From a virus, in IMG/VR virus record IMGVR_UViG_3300025655_000030, positions 6,151 through 70,150 of that record: a stretch of 64,000 bases of DNA; one strand, written 5' to 3'. The position numbers and the translations under genes were made by a program. The notes under the pieces were generated by a model. That model searched no databases, had not been told where the DNA came from, and saw only the letters and a program-made list of their open reading frames with translations. The first letter of the stretch is position 1. Each line of letters starts with the position of its first letter. Below are positions 31,138 through 40,548 of this stretch, one piece after another.

Positions 31138-31384
31138 GTTTGATAGATTTAACTACTACGTAAGAGAGCTTGCGCTAACACTTAATCAGTTATGCTTAAT
31201 AGAGGTAGTAGTGGTGATGTTCTTCTCTTACATGGCTTATGATTTGTTAGAGTGGTATAAAGGAATTATGACTATTGATAAATTTAATGCTGTTGCTTAT
31301 TGGGCTGCTATTTCGGGATTGGTGGCTACAATATTCACTGCTGTGAAATCTATCAATGATACTCATAAGAGTAATAATAAATAA
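31124..31384 (+). CDS. putative holin (2 TM)
   Basis: Two hydrophobic helices, basic C-tail, lysis context. Confidence 0.5.
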   Translation: MMESRFDRFNYYVRELALTLNQLCLIEVVVVMFFSYMAYDLLEWYKGIMTIDKFNAVAYWAAISGLVATIFTAVKSINDTHKSNNK

Positions 31385-31393
31385 AGGATACTC

Positions 31394-31678
31394 ATGAATT
31401 TTGAAAGAGAGAGTGTACAAGAAATATGGCGTACCCCTCAATGCACTTTCAATGTTGTCTACCCTACTAGTTGTACGGTATGTATTAAAGGTATGAGAGG
31501 AGAAATGAGCAGGGAAGAATTCGTAGCAGTAGTTGGTATATTTGCTAGGTCTGGGTTTGATAAACTATTATACGAAAGAATTGATGATTACGGTAACTTT
31601 ATTGAAAAGATTATCGACATCAAAGATAAACATATTAATCATTTAGGTGTATTGACAAATAAGGTTGAATTGATATGA
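31394..31678 (+). CDS. hypothetical protein
   Basis: ORF with AAGGA RBS. Confidence 0.5.
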   Translation: MNFERESVQEIWRTPQCTFNVVYPTSCTVCIKGMRGEMSREEFVAVVGIFARSGFDKLLYERIDDYGNFIEKIIDIKDKHINHLGVLTNKVELI

Positions 31679-32250
31679 CAACTAATGTTAATAATTACCT
31701 AAACTCCATAATTGACTTACAAAGTGGAATACAAAGGTCGGTAAACTCAATTAATGAGGGTGGTGGATGGTTATTTAAACAAGTAATGACATACACAGCA
31801 GCTTCACCATTAGAGTTAGTAGAAGATACTCCTACAACAGTTCCTATACCACTAGCTGATGTAGGTTATGCTGAGAATCACTTGTTAAATCTATTATATG
31901 ATTATGAGAATAATAAGTTTACACCATCAACCGTAGGTGATTTATTCCTAGTGTCATTTAGAGGCAAAGCAGTTGCTGATAACAACTTTGCGTATCTAAA
32001 CTTAGAGGTTAATTCTCCTAATAGTGACTTTAACCCAGTTGATGCTGCTACTACCGCATTTGCTAAGAATAGTGGTGTGGTAGAGTTTATATCCCAAAAG
32101 TTCTTAATATTCACATCACAAATATTAGTTAATAATGGTGTAAATGTTACAGCCACTGCACAAGGTGCTAATATAGACTTATATGATTATAGCTTCACTA
32201 TAGTTAGGTTATTTAGTAATAAAGGTATTAATACAGATGCGTTTAGTTAG
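31675..32250 (+). CDS. hypothetical beta-rich protein
   Basis: ATGA overlap with upstream gene; overlaps downstream gene. Confidence 0.5.
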   Translation: MTTNVNNYLNSIIDLQSGIQRSVNSINEGGGWLFKQVMTYTAASPLELVEDTPTTVPIPLADVGYAENHLLNLLYDYENNKFTPSTVGDLFLVSFRGKAVADNNFAYLNLEVNSPNSDFNPVDAATTAFAKNSGVVEFISQKFLIFTSQILVNNGVNVTATAQGANIDLYDYSFTIVRLFSNKGINTDAFS

Positions 32251-32608
32251 AACTTATTATGATGATAGAACAGAGGGTAAGTTATTCTTTCCAGACGGTA
32301 CTTATGTTTATACATTAGAAAGACCTTGGCTAGATAATAAACCTTTTGTAAGTTGTATTCCAGAAGGTAAGTATATTGTTGATAGAGATTATACTGGTAA
32401 ACATCAATGGTATAAGATTAGGGAAGGTCAAGTAGAAGGGAGGTCATTCATAGAATTCCATGAAGCTAATGTAGTAAGCCAGCTAGAAGGCTGTGTATCG
32501 CTCTGTATGAGGTTATCTGGTGGTAAGGCATACCAATGTACTGCTGCATTAAATAAGCTCTTAGAATGGTTTGGAGAGAGTAGTTTTGTGTTAGAGATAA
32601 CTTCTTAG
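32237..32608 (+). CDS. DUF5675-family protein, putative endolysin
   Basis: TEGKL..YTLERPW..N..SCIPEGKY..GRS.IEFH.AN..EGC; only endolysin candidate seen in the module. Confidence 0.7.
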   Translation: MRLVRTYYDDRTEGKLFFPDGTYVYTLERPWLDNKPFVSCIPEGKYIVDRDYTGKHQWYKIREGQVEGRSFIEFHEANVVSQLEGCVSLCMRLSGGKAYQCTAALNKLLEWFGESSFVLEITS

Positions 32609-32612
32609 AAAG

Positions 32613-32637
32613 AAGGGTACTGTAAGAAGTACCCTTT
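32613..32637. terminator. terminator at the convergence of the two arms (probably bidirectional)
   Basis: AAGGGTACT/AGTACCCTT inverted repeat between convergent genes. Confidence 0.75.
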
Positions 32638-32647
32638 ATATTAAATA

Positions 32648-33025
32648 CTATAAAGTTTCATACAATTCATTGGCCTTTTTAGTAAAATACTCTAACCAAG
32701 GGACATTACCAATATCATTAACAGCGTCATGATATTCTTGTAGGTTAGATAATATTTCTATTTGGTCTTCAGTAAATAACCCTACCCATTCCTTAGCCAC
32801 TTTAGGAGCATATAACTCACCAGTTATTATATCTTTCACCCCACCCTCATACCCGACTAAACTATTCTTAATAGTTTCAGGCATCATATTACCTACTACA
32901 CAAGATAACCCATCCTCAGTAATATACATACAATTGTTATTAACAGTGCAGTAAGCTGGTACACCTTGTTTAATAGTTTCATCAATACCTAATCGTACTA
33001 ACTCTTTAAATTCTTGATTATTCAT
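32648..33025 (-). CDS. hypothetical protein
   Basis: CMY..DG..CVVG..LQ..HD motif common in phage ORFs; AAGGAG RBS. Confidence 0.6.
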   Translation of the reverse strand: MNNQEFKELVRLGIDETIKQGVPAYCTVNNNCMYITEDGLSCVVGNMMPETIKNSLVGYEGGVKDIITGELYAPKVAKEWVGLFTEDQIEILSNLQEYHDAVNDIGNVPWLEYFTKKANELYETL

Positions 33026-33090
33026 TATCCAACTCCTTAATCTTATCTGACAGTTCTTTTACTTTAAGTAGTAGTTCCTCTTAAATATAA

Positions 33091-33152
33091 AAACTCTTAA
33101 ACAACAATACATGAGTATTATCACTTAAGAGTTTAGACTTGTCAACTGTTAT
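33091..33152 (-). promoter_or_regulatory. sigma70-like promoter inside an inverted repeat
   Basis: TTGACA-N17-GATAAT; AAACTCTTAA/TTAAGAGTTT arms. Confidence 0.7.
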
Positions 33153-33167
33153 CTGCAATTAATGTAA

Positions 33168-33605
33168 TCATTTTAAATCTTCTTTAAATTCAATTATTGG
33201 GCAAACCTTATCTGTCTTAGCCTTAATGTAATTTATGATTAGACTTTCTTTAGGTGTATACTCCTTCTTAGGGAAGTACCTACTTTTAAGTTTCTCTACT
33301 AAGTACATAACCCCTGTTAGAAATAATAGTATCAATATCATTCCGCATATTGCAAGTATAAACGTACCTAATAACGCCCAAATAGCTACCGCTACTCCCA
33401 AAGTCTCTGGAAGATACCCATTAACATTTACCATTAAAAATACTAAAGGGCTAGCGACTACCATACAAATAAATACCCCCATTGCTAGACGAAACATCAC
33501 CTGCCAGAAGTATAAACATAAGCTTCTACTAGGATTCCACCTATCAGCAAAGAAGAACTTCTCTGTTAACATTTTATAATGCCAACTATTTTTACTTATT
33601 TTCAT
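33168..33605 (-). CDS. membrane protein
   Basis: MKISKNSWHY..SLCLYFW, two TMs, C-terminal KVCP.IEF. Confidence 0.65.
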   Translation of the reverse strand: MKISKNSWHYKMLTEKFFFADRWNPSRSLCLYFWQVMFRLAMGVFICMVVASPLVFLMVNVNGYLPETLGVAVAIWALLGTFILAICGMILILLFLTGVMYLVEKLKSRYFPKKEYTPKESLIINYIKAKTDKVCPIIEFKEDLK

Positions 33606-34084
33606 TTTAAATCCTCCAAACTATAAACATAAACGTCAGCCCAACCTAATAAGTGTTCTACTAATTCTAACACAATTATCCAGTCAGCACCACCCTTATC
33701 TGAACTCATTTTATAGGGGACTCCTATTTTAATTTTACGACCTACAATATGCTTCCTCAATCTGTCTGTTAAGGTTATAAAATCCTTAACCTCTGAAAGA
33801 CATTTAGCTAAAGCTCCGTAATTAGTGTAACGTTTACCACCACTTCCGTAAAACTCTTGAGAGTGAAGATTAACTACCCCAGAATCCCCTGATAGAGTGC
33901 CTAGAGTATTTTTATACATGAAGCTGTACTGGTAGTCTCTAAAAGCTTTAGGGAATTGTTCCTTAACCTGTTTAGCGACTCCACTACCCATAATATTCTG
34001 GCAATTCACTTGGTGTAATATATAATCTACCTCACCCTCCTTTAGAGCTTTAATTAAGCAACCTTTCTTATATGTAATTGTCAT
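33602..34084 (-). CDS. macro domain (Appr-1-p/Poa1p-like) protein
   Basis: ILHQVNC..MGSGVA..FP..TNYGAL..P..GGADW. Confidence 0.85.
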   Translation of the reverse strand: MTITYKKGCLIKALKEGEVDYILHQVNCQNIMGSGVAKQVKEQFPKAFRDYQYSFMYKNTLGTLSGDSGVVNLHSQEFYGSGGKRYTNYGALAKCLSEVKDFITLTDRLRKHIVGRKIKIGVPYKMSSDKGGADWIIVLELVEHLLGWADVYVYSLEDLK

Positions 34085-34099
34085 ATATCCTCCTAATAT

Positions 34100-34534
34100 T
34101 TAATCAATAAACTTAGTATACTGAAAACCATTGGCCTTTGCAAGCATTCTTAGATAAACCCCTATAGGTTTAACAGCTCTAGAATCACCGCCATGAATCA
34201 TAAAAGTATTCACTCCAGCTATAGTATCAGTTATCCAAAAGTAAGGACATGCCCCTTCACCATCTAAAGGTTTAACTCTCCAACAAGGAAATGCTAATCG
34301 CTCAATATGAGTATGAGCATCTGACACAGCTACATACTGAAAACATGTAGGAATATGTCTAGTAATTAAATCATCCCTAGACCTTTCCTTTGTACGATAG
34401 AATCTAACAGGTTCACGTACAGACTTATACTTTTTACCATTAGCTTTGTTAGTAAGAACTTTAGAAGCCTTATAGATTTTAACTCTACCGCTAGCTGCTG
34501 TCCATACATGTTTAAATGTTACTGTTGGTTTCAT
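34100..34534 (-). CDS. hypothetical protein
   Basis: ORF with GAGG RBS. Confidence 0.55.
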   Translation of the reverse strand: MKPTVTFKHVWTAASGRVKIYKASKVLTNKANGKKYKSVREPVRFYRTKERSRDDLITRHIPTCFQYVAVSDAHTHIERLAFPCWRVKPLDGEGACPYFWITDTIAGVNTFMIHGGDSRAVKPIGVYLRMLAKANGFQYTKFID

Positions 34535-34563
34535 AATTATACCTCATATTTAAGCCTCTACAC

Positions 34564-34641
34564 TACCTAGAAGCGATTATTTACCTATACCCTATACCAA
34601 TGTACTACTAATAATTATAGTTGCTTAGAATTGATTGTAGG
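34564..34641. repeat. 78-bp dispersed element, copy 1
   Basis: TACCTAGAAG...CTTAGAATTGATTGTAGG; similar copies at 58025 and 61836. Confidence 0.5.
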
Positions 34642-34806
34642 GGTTAATTTAGCCAATACTACTAGCCCATGACATCTCAAACCATACCTTATTTCACATT
34701 CTGTGCAGTATTTATCCTCTCTCATTTCCTCTCTGTCTGTGCATAAACCTTTTATTGTGTGTAACACTTCTCCACAGCAAGGACAATCTAAATTGAAACT
34801 ACTCAT
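34615..34806 (-). CDS. small zinc-ribbon protein
   Basis: CPCC...CTEC. Confidence 0.5.
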   Translation of the reverse strand: MSSFNLDCPCCGEVLHTIKGLCTDREEMREDKYCTECEIRYGLRCHGLVVLAKLTPTINSKQL

Positions 34807-35144
34807 AATCTATTCTCCCATTTCTTAATCATCATCTTAACTTCCTTCACACCTATTAAGTTATTACCATTCTCAATTAACCCTTTCAAAGAGTTAACGC
34901 TTGTATGGCAACTCACTACGTTACCTACGCAATAACCTCTGGAGTTATCTATTCTATCTATAGTAACAGTGTCTAATGTTAAAGGTAGTCCTGTATAATA
35001 ACATTTCTTAGCTCTAAGCATATTCTTCATAGAAGTAAAACTAATAGAGAATTCATGTCCTTTAGATTTAGCATTCTGACACTTAGCTAAGTACTTATTA
35101 GCTGCCATTAAATCAAATTTTACATTAGGTGGATATTTAGGCAT
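34803..35144 (-). CDS. small HNH-like nuclease
   Basis: CYYTG..TIDRIDNSRGY..GNVVSC..N..KG. Confidence 0.7.
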   Translation of the reverse strand: MPKYPPNVKFDLMAANKYLAKCQNAKSKGHEFSISFTSMKNMLRAKKCYYTGLPLTLDTVTIDRIDNSRGYCVGNVVSCHTSVNSLKGLIENGNNLIGVKEVKMMIKKWENRL

Positions 35145-35199
35145 AAAAACTCCTTAGAAATACATAAATTAAAAATAGTGTATCACAACAATCAAACCA

Positions 35200-36399
35200 C
35201 TACCAACCTTTATTTTTAATATTCAAAGTTATGGTGGATTGTATCTCTTTAATAAACTCCAGTATTTTAGGGTCTTTAATAATACTATTAGCAAAACCAT
35301 AGTGTTGTCTTACATGGGCATTAGGCTCTACAGGGTAATTTAAGTTTAATTGTAAACTACTTACTCTCTTCCCGTTCTCAGTTATACTATAGAATATGTC
35401 CCGCCAATTTTTATCTACTCTATCATGGTAACTACCTATACAGTGTCTCATTGCGGAACCTTCTGTATTCATTTCTAAAGGTGATTTCAAGATTGTGGCT
35501 TTTAATCCCTTATGAGAAGTTGATGTAATTCCATATATTGACTCTTTTCCTACTAAGTATGGGTATAATTTATCTGAATACTTTAACATATTGATCTCTT
35601 TACTAAAGTTATCATGTTCATTCTCCCACCTAGCAGCACTCCACTTAGGGTTAGTAGTTTTACCTAATCTCTCTGCCATTAGTATAGTATCTTGTTTATG
35701 CTGTTTGTATTTTATTACTTCCTGTTTATCAAAACACTTTAAAGCCCCAAACTTAGGTAGGAGGTTCTTCCAGTCTTCGCATATAATACCCCTTTTCAGT
35801 AAAGTGCTGGGTATGGTATTGAGGGAATACAAATCTCTAGGGTCTTTATACTCAAAATCTATTTTCATAACACACCTAACTAAGAGTTCATTACGAGTCT
35901 TACTATTAGAACATAACCTCTTCCATAACCCTTTACCCAAATCCTTTTTAAGTCTATCAGGGGATAACCCCTTAAGAGCTACTATAGGGTATACGTTCAT
36001 TAAACCATCATCTTTCACTGCATTCAAGGTATCTAAATTATCATGTAACTTACGAAGAATGCGATAATCATAACCTCCGCTTAAAGGGTTATAAGCTACG
36101 CTAGAGAAATCTCTTACAGGTATTACCCACTCTCTATACATAAGCTTGTTAAATCTCTCCCACACTTTCTTACCATAAGTCTCTTGACAGTATTGAAAGA
36201 ACTCTTTATGTCTTGTGGGTATGTCATTGTCTAATAATTTTAATGTAGTTATAATCTCATTTATACTTTTCTTACCTAACTTACCTTCCTTAGTAGACAT
36301 ATCGGGGAGTTTAGTGTAGCGATCAATACAGGATTTACTCCCCCCCACTAATCTAAACTCTTTCTTATCATTAATTAGTATTGATTTAACTTCACGCAT
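35200..36399 (-). CDS. PcfJ-like domain protein
   Basis: EGSAMRHCIGSY..Q.YG.AN C-terminal motif. Confidence 0.7.
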   Translation of the reverse strand: MREVKSILINDKKEFRLVGGSKSCIDRYTKLPDMSTKEGKLGKKSINEIITTLKLLDNDIPTRHKEFFQYCQETYGKKVWERFNKLMYREWVIPVRDFSSVAYNPLSGGYDYRILRKLHDNLDTLNAVKDDGLMNVYPIVALKGLSPDRLKKDLGKGLWKRLCSNSKTRNELLVRCVMKIDFEYKDPRDLYSLNTIPSTLLKRGIICEDWKNLLPKFGALKCFDKQEVIKYKQHKQDTILMAERLGKTTNPKWSAARWENEHDNFSKEINMLKYSDKLYPYLVGKESIYGITSTSHKGLKATILKSPLEMNTEGSAMRHCIGSYHDRVDKNWRDIFYSITENGKRVSSLQLNLNYPVEPNAHVRQHYGFANSIIKDPKILEFIKEIQSTITLNIKNKGW

Positions 36400-36480
36400 A
36401 AAAAAAACTCCTTATCAAGACTCTCTACGTTTTAAGTAGGGTAATCTTAACAAGGAGTTTAGTAGGTGTCAACTGTTTAT
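36400..36480 (-). promoter_or_regulatory. sigma70-like promoter whose spacer is complementary to the downstream RBS
   Basis: TTGACA-N17-TAAGAT; spacer AAACTCCTT pairs with AAGGAGTTT. Confidence 0.7.
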
Positions 36481-36677
36481 TTAATTTTATTTATACTTGA
36501 GGGTATTGACATTAATATTAATGCTGAGTAAGTCCAAAAGTTGTGGGGTATATACCAACCTAAAGAAGCTTGCTCTGATATAGTATTTAAACCCCATAAA
36601 GTTAATAATGGTGATACGTACATTAATAGTAATATAAAACCTATATATATAATAATACTCTCATAACTCCTCCCCAA
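36477..36677 (-). CDS. small membrane protein
   Basis: Hydrophobic 66-aa ORF with GGAG RBS. Confidence 0.5.
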   Translation of the reverse strand: MGRSYESIIIYIGFILLLMYVSPLLTLWGLNTISEQASLGWYIPHNFWTYSALILMSIPSSINKIK

Positions 36678-37002
36678 TTTCTTCTGCCTGTTTAGTTAAT
36701 TCCTCAATCTTATCCATTAATGTAGAATATTTACTTTTAAGAGCTTCCCGTTTAGAGTCCCTCTCCCATATAAGGGGGCATAACTCACTTCCTAGTTTTA
36801 AGTTAGCTCTCCGATCCTTTGACTCCATAGTATAAACTTTAACAGGTGTTATATTCCTAGACCAAAAGTATATTTTTAAATTACTCCATTGTTCCCCATC
36901 AAAATTTACAAAAAGTCCGTCTGCCATTACCAGAAATTTATCTCCATCCTTATTTACCAATATATGTCTACCAGCCTCTAATGTAGGCATTTCATTACTC
37001 AT
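36661..37002 (-). CDS. hypothetical protein
   Basis: LIWER motif plus coiled coil; GAGGAG RBS. Confidence 0.55.
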   Translation of the reverse strand: MSNEMPTLEAGRHILVNKDGDKFLVMADGLFVNFDGEQWSNLKIYFWSRNITPVKVYTMESKDRRANLKLGSELCPLIWERDSKREALKSKYSTLMDKIEELTKQAEEIGEEL

Positions 37003-37017
37003 AAATTCTCCTCTTAA

Positions 37018-37204
37018 TTAGTTTAATTGTTTTAGTAAGTCTGAATATAAGGTTTCAGTCTTACCTTCTCTAAGGTACTCTGATAACCAATTACGAAGAT
37101 CCTCTACTCTAAGGTAATCTCCGCTAAGGTTGGTTATAGTCTCTAAACTATAGTCCTCGTAGTATTGGTTTATATAGACATCCACTCTTTCTAAATTAGA
37201 CATC
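37018..37204 (-). CDS. hypothetical protein
   Basis: ATG near 37203 after AAGGAG (ORF open from 37227). Confidence 0.5.
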
Positions 37205-37281
37205 TTTATTCTCCTTAGATTAAACACTCCCTCATTAGATTACTCTATAGGGAGTGTTGTCAACTGTTTATTTAATTTTAT

Positions 37282-38970
37282 TTACGCACTGCAAGCGATA
37301 CACTCACCCTTACTGGCCTTAACCCCAGATTGTGACCTCTGGTAATATAGCGTTATTAAGTAAGGGTCGTTAAAGAACTCTTGCACAACTTCTGATATCC
37401 ACTCCTCTTTTTCATTTGCATCGAAAAATAAATTTAACGATTGTGCCTGACATACGTACTTTTGTCTTTGACTAGCTGCTGATAGTATAGACTTCTGGTT
37501 AATCTCAAACGCTGTTTTAAACACCTCTTTCTCATTCTCATTTAACCAGTTGACATGTTGAACAGAGCCAGCGTTATTTTCAATATCCTTAAGTGTAGAA
37601 TCATTATAAACCCCTCTATCTTGCATTAGTTTAAGTAGAGTAGGATTAATACGTCTTACTGTACCCGCAGCAGTTACTTGTGAATAAACATTCATTGCGA
37701 CAGGCTCAATTCCTTGTGACACCCCTCCAACTAATAAGGATGTACTCATTGTGGGAGGTAGTGCTATTCTATGCGTATTCCTCACACCATACCCTACACA
37801 CCACTCAGGTTCACCCCACACTTCAGCCATCCATTTACTCGCCTTTAAACTATCCTCATCTATCTTTTTAAATACTTTGTTATTCCACATCATAGCTTGA
37901 AATGATTCAAAGGGTAGCATATGGTCTTGTAGGTAAGTGTGGTATCCTAATACACCTAACCCCAAAGCTCTACCTTTCTCAGTGAATCTTACAGCTTTCT
38001 CTAACCCTTTAATATTCTTACCTTGATGTATAAAATGCTCAGCAACACAGTCTAAGAATATTATAGATGTCTCCACTACGTCTGTATCTTTCCAATCATC
38101 CCAATACTTTAAATTCAATGATGACAGAACACATGTAAAAGAATGTTCCTCATCTGAATAAAGCATAATCTCACTGCACAGATTGCTAGCTTTAACCTCC
38201 ATATTCTTATCTTTATACATTTGAGGACGTTGTTCCTCAGCAGTCCACTTCTTCATTAAGTATCCTCTTCCAAGAACACTCCTAATTTTCATAGCTCGTT
38301 GATAAATCTTTGTAGCTTCTTTATCACCTTTGTCTAATTTAAGTTTGGTATCTTTGCTAAATACCCACCCAATATTACAATCATCTGGGTAATGGAATAA
38401 ATAATCAGACACCTCAAAGAAATCTTTATGTTCCACATCTAAGTATAGTCCTATACTACCTCTACGATTAGACCCTTGAGATATGTTCTGAGCCATTTTA
38501 ATGTAATCTTTAATGACAGGGAGTACACCACTAGCTTTACCATCAGACCTGAAACTACTTCCCCTAGGTCGGACATCTCCTAAGTATGCACTTGTTCCAA
38601 AACCATTTTGAGATAATATTGCATTCTCTTTAAGTGTGTCATAGAAACTATAAACATTATCACCAACGTAAGTCCCTGAGCAACTTACACTGCACCCTCT
38701 GTCATTGCCCATATTAGATAAAACTGGAGTAGCTGGGGATAACCACCCCTTCCACATGACATCAAAAAACTTAGTTGTCCATTTCTCTATATCATCTGTA
38801 TAACTAGCAGCAGTTTTAGCTACACTCATGTATCTATCTAAAGGGGTTTCACCTTCTGATAAGTATTTCTTCTTTAATAACTGGTAGCCACTTGTAGTGT
38901 ACCATGTAGGTAATAGACCTTTTTCCTGTAAGCCCTTTCTTTCTTCTGATAAATCATCATACATATTCAT
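37282..38970 (-). CDS. nrdA: ribonucleotide reductase class I alpha subunit (compact, no evident ATP cone)
   Basis: SPATPVLSN, SC, SNLCSEI, PTMSTS..GIEP, TLYY, C-terminal CIAC. Confidence 0.95.
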   Translation of the reverse strand: MNMYDDLSEERKGLQEKGLLPTWYTTSGYQLLKKKYLSEGETPLDRYMSVAKTAASYTDDIEKWTTKFFDVMWKGWLSPATPVLSNMGNDRGCSVSCSGTYVGDNVYSFYDTLKENAILSQNGFGTSAYLGDVRPRGSSFRSDGKASGVLPVIKDYIKMAQNISQGSNRRGSIGLYLDVEHKDFFEVSDYLFHYPDDCNIGWVFSKDTKLKLDKGDKEATKIYQRAMKIRSVLGRGYLMKKWTAEEQRPQMYKDKNMEVKASNLCSEIMLYSDEEHSFTCVLSSLNLKYWDDWKDTDVVETSIIFLDCVAEHFIHQGKNIKGLEKAVRFTEKGRALGLGVLGYHTYLQDHMLPFESFQAMMWNNKVFKKIDEDSLKASKWMAEVWGEPEWCVGYGVRNTHRIALPPTMSTSLLVGGVSQGIEPVAMNVYSQVTAAGTVRRINPTLLKLMQDRGVYNDSTLKDIENNAGSVQHVNWLNENEKEVFKTAFEINQKSILSAASQRQKYVCQAQSLNLFFDANEKEEWISEVVQEFFNDPYLITLYYQRSQSGVKASKGECIACSA

Positions 38971-39968
38971 TAATTACCCGCACTCCATCTAAATTTACTT
39001 TCATTATAATCTCTTACATACTCAAAGTTTGATGAGTTAAAAAAGTCATGGAACTTGTACGAGTTAATGTCGTCATAAAACCAATCAGCTATAGGGTTAT
39101 ACTCAGGGTTAAATATTGTAGGTAATCCTAAGTTCTGCAAACACAGATCAACCCTATGTTGTACAAAGTTCTTCAACTGTTTATCAGTAATCCCTTTAAT
39201 CTTCCCTTTAGAGAATATTTTATCAATAATTTTACACTCATGTTCATATATAGTTCTACCTGCCTCTATTATTTCATCCTCAGTTTTGCGTATCTCCTCT
39301 ATTGTCATGTACCCTGACTTCAGGGACTCTTCCCTGATATTCTTGTATATGTAAGCACCAAACTCTGAGTGAAGGTTTTCATCCTTGACTGAAGCTGTTA
39401 TTCCAGCACATATATTTTTAATCAAGTCCTTACCATTAACTTGAAAGTGTCTTAGGAATGCGAAGTTGCTATACAGAATTGCCCCCTCCGTCATACTAAA
39501 TACACCTATAGATATTAAGGGATTTTTATTAACTACCTTCTCGTCTATAAAATCAATCCTTTGTTTAAGTTCTGGGTCATGCCGGTATTGACTATAATGA
39601 TCATCTGTATTCAGCATTAATGCTTCGTCTAATTTACTGTAGAAAGGTGCATGAACACCTAGCTCTACGTAACTAAATAATGAAGCCACTCTCTCTAATT
39701 CTGGTCTAGGGCATATTCTTTTAAACCTACCACTCCAGAATTCCCCGCCAACTATCAATTCATATAGGGTGAACAATTTAAGCACCTCTTTTACACCATG
39801 ACTCTCCGCATCAGTCATGTTAACTAGTAAATCTTGAACGTCCTTCTCTACCTCAATTTCACTAGCTGTCCACAGTATCTTTTGTTGCTGTTCTTCAAAT
39901 TTTAACGCTTCTGGGTAATCGAAAGTGTATGTATCTTTCTTAGTCATTATTCTAGGTTTAGCCATCAA
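38970..39968 (-). CDS. nrdB: ribonucleotide reductase beta subunit
   Basis: W...EI, E..H..FY, EG..YS.F, DENLH, DFF. Confidence 0.93.
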   Translation of the reverse strand: MMAKPRIMTKKDTYTFDYPEALKFEEQQQKILWTASEIEVEKDVQDLLVNMTDAESHGVKEVLKLFTLYELIVGGEFWSGRFKRICPRPELERVASLFSYVELGVHAPFYSKLDEALMLNTDDHYSQYRHDPELKQRIDFIDEKVVNKNPLISIGVFSMTEGAILYSNFAFLRHFQVNGKDLIKNICAGITASVKDENLHSEFGAYIYKNIREESLKSGYMTIEEIRKTEDEIIEAGRTIYEHECKIIDKIFSKGKIKGITDKQLKNFVQHRVDLCLQNLGLPTIFNPEYNPIADWFYDDINSYKFHDFFNSSNFEYVRDYNESKFRWSAGN

Positions 39969-40301
39969 TCAACCCCTCTTCTTCATACTTAACCACTCCT
40001 TATCTGTCCTAGAATACCCTACCCAACGAGTACACTCTACAACTTTATTAGCTTTATTTCTATGTGTGCATTCTTGTACTTCAATGTTTTTACTTGTGTC
40101 CATTCCTAGGATGTACAGAAACTTAAATAACAACTCTTTATCATTATAACCTTTCTTACTCTTAGACATCATCTCCTTAAATGTATCTAACTCTTGTATA
40201 TCTGATAAACTAATTTCAATGTGTCTTAATTCTTCTAAGTGTTGTCGTAAGTAGTCATCACAATCCCGTCCTTGTACATCTGCTGCTGATAGTTTTGCCA
40301 T
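39969..40301 (-). CDS. hypothetical protein
   Basis: ORF in operon. Confidence 0.55.
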   Translation of the reverse strand: MAKLSAADVQGRDCDDYLRQHLEELRHIEISLSDIQELDTFKEMMSKSKKGYNDKELLFKFLYILGMDTSKNIEVQECTHRNKANKVVECTRWVGYSRTDKEWLSMKKRG

Positions 40302-40302
40302 A

Positions 40303-40548
40303 TTATTCTCCTGCTTCTTGTTCTGTTGACTGATTTTCTGTGAGAGATTCTTCTAGTTTTTCTAAGCAAGATTCTAATCCTTCTCCGATATTCTCTAGGA
40401 ATGTAGCCGCTGCTGTTATTGTGCATAGTTCTTCAGTTTGTTTCCTTGTGAATGACTCTACACCTTTACTGTCCTCATAGTATTTATTATGGCATCCTGT
40501 AGTCAACTCATTAATCAATTCAATAATTTTATCTGTTTTAATACCCAT
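40303..40548 (-). CDS. hypothetical protein
   Basis: ORF in operon. Confidence 0.5.
   Translation of the reverse strand: MGIKTDKIIELINELTTGCHNKYYEDSKGVESFTRKQTEELCTITAAATFLENIGEGLESCLEKLEESLTENQSTEQEAGE

Noticed and set aside
35591-36067. + strand ORFs in the - strand arm (35591-36067; also 33235-33579, 41107-41361, 55582-55842)
   Set aside because: Antisense to well-supported genes, with no recognisable motifs.
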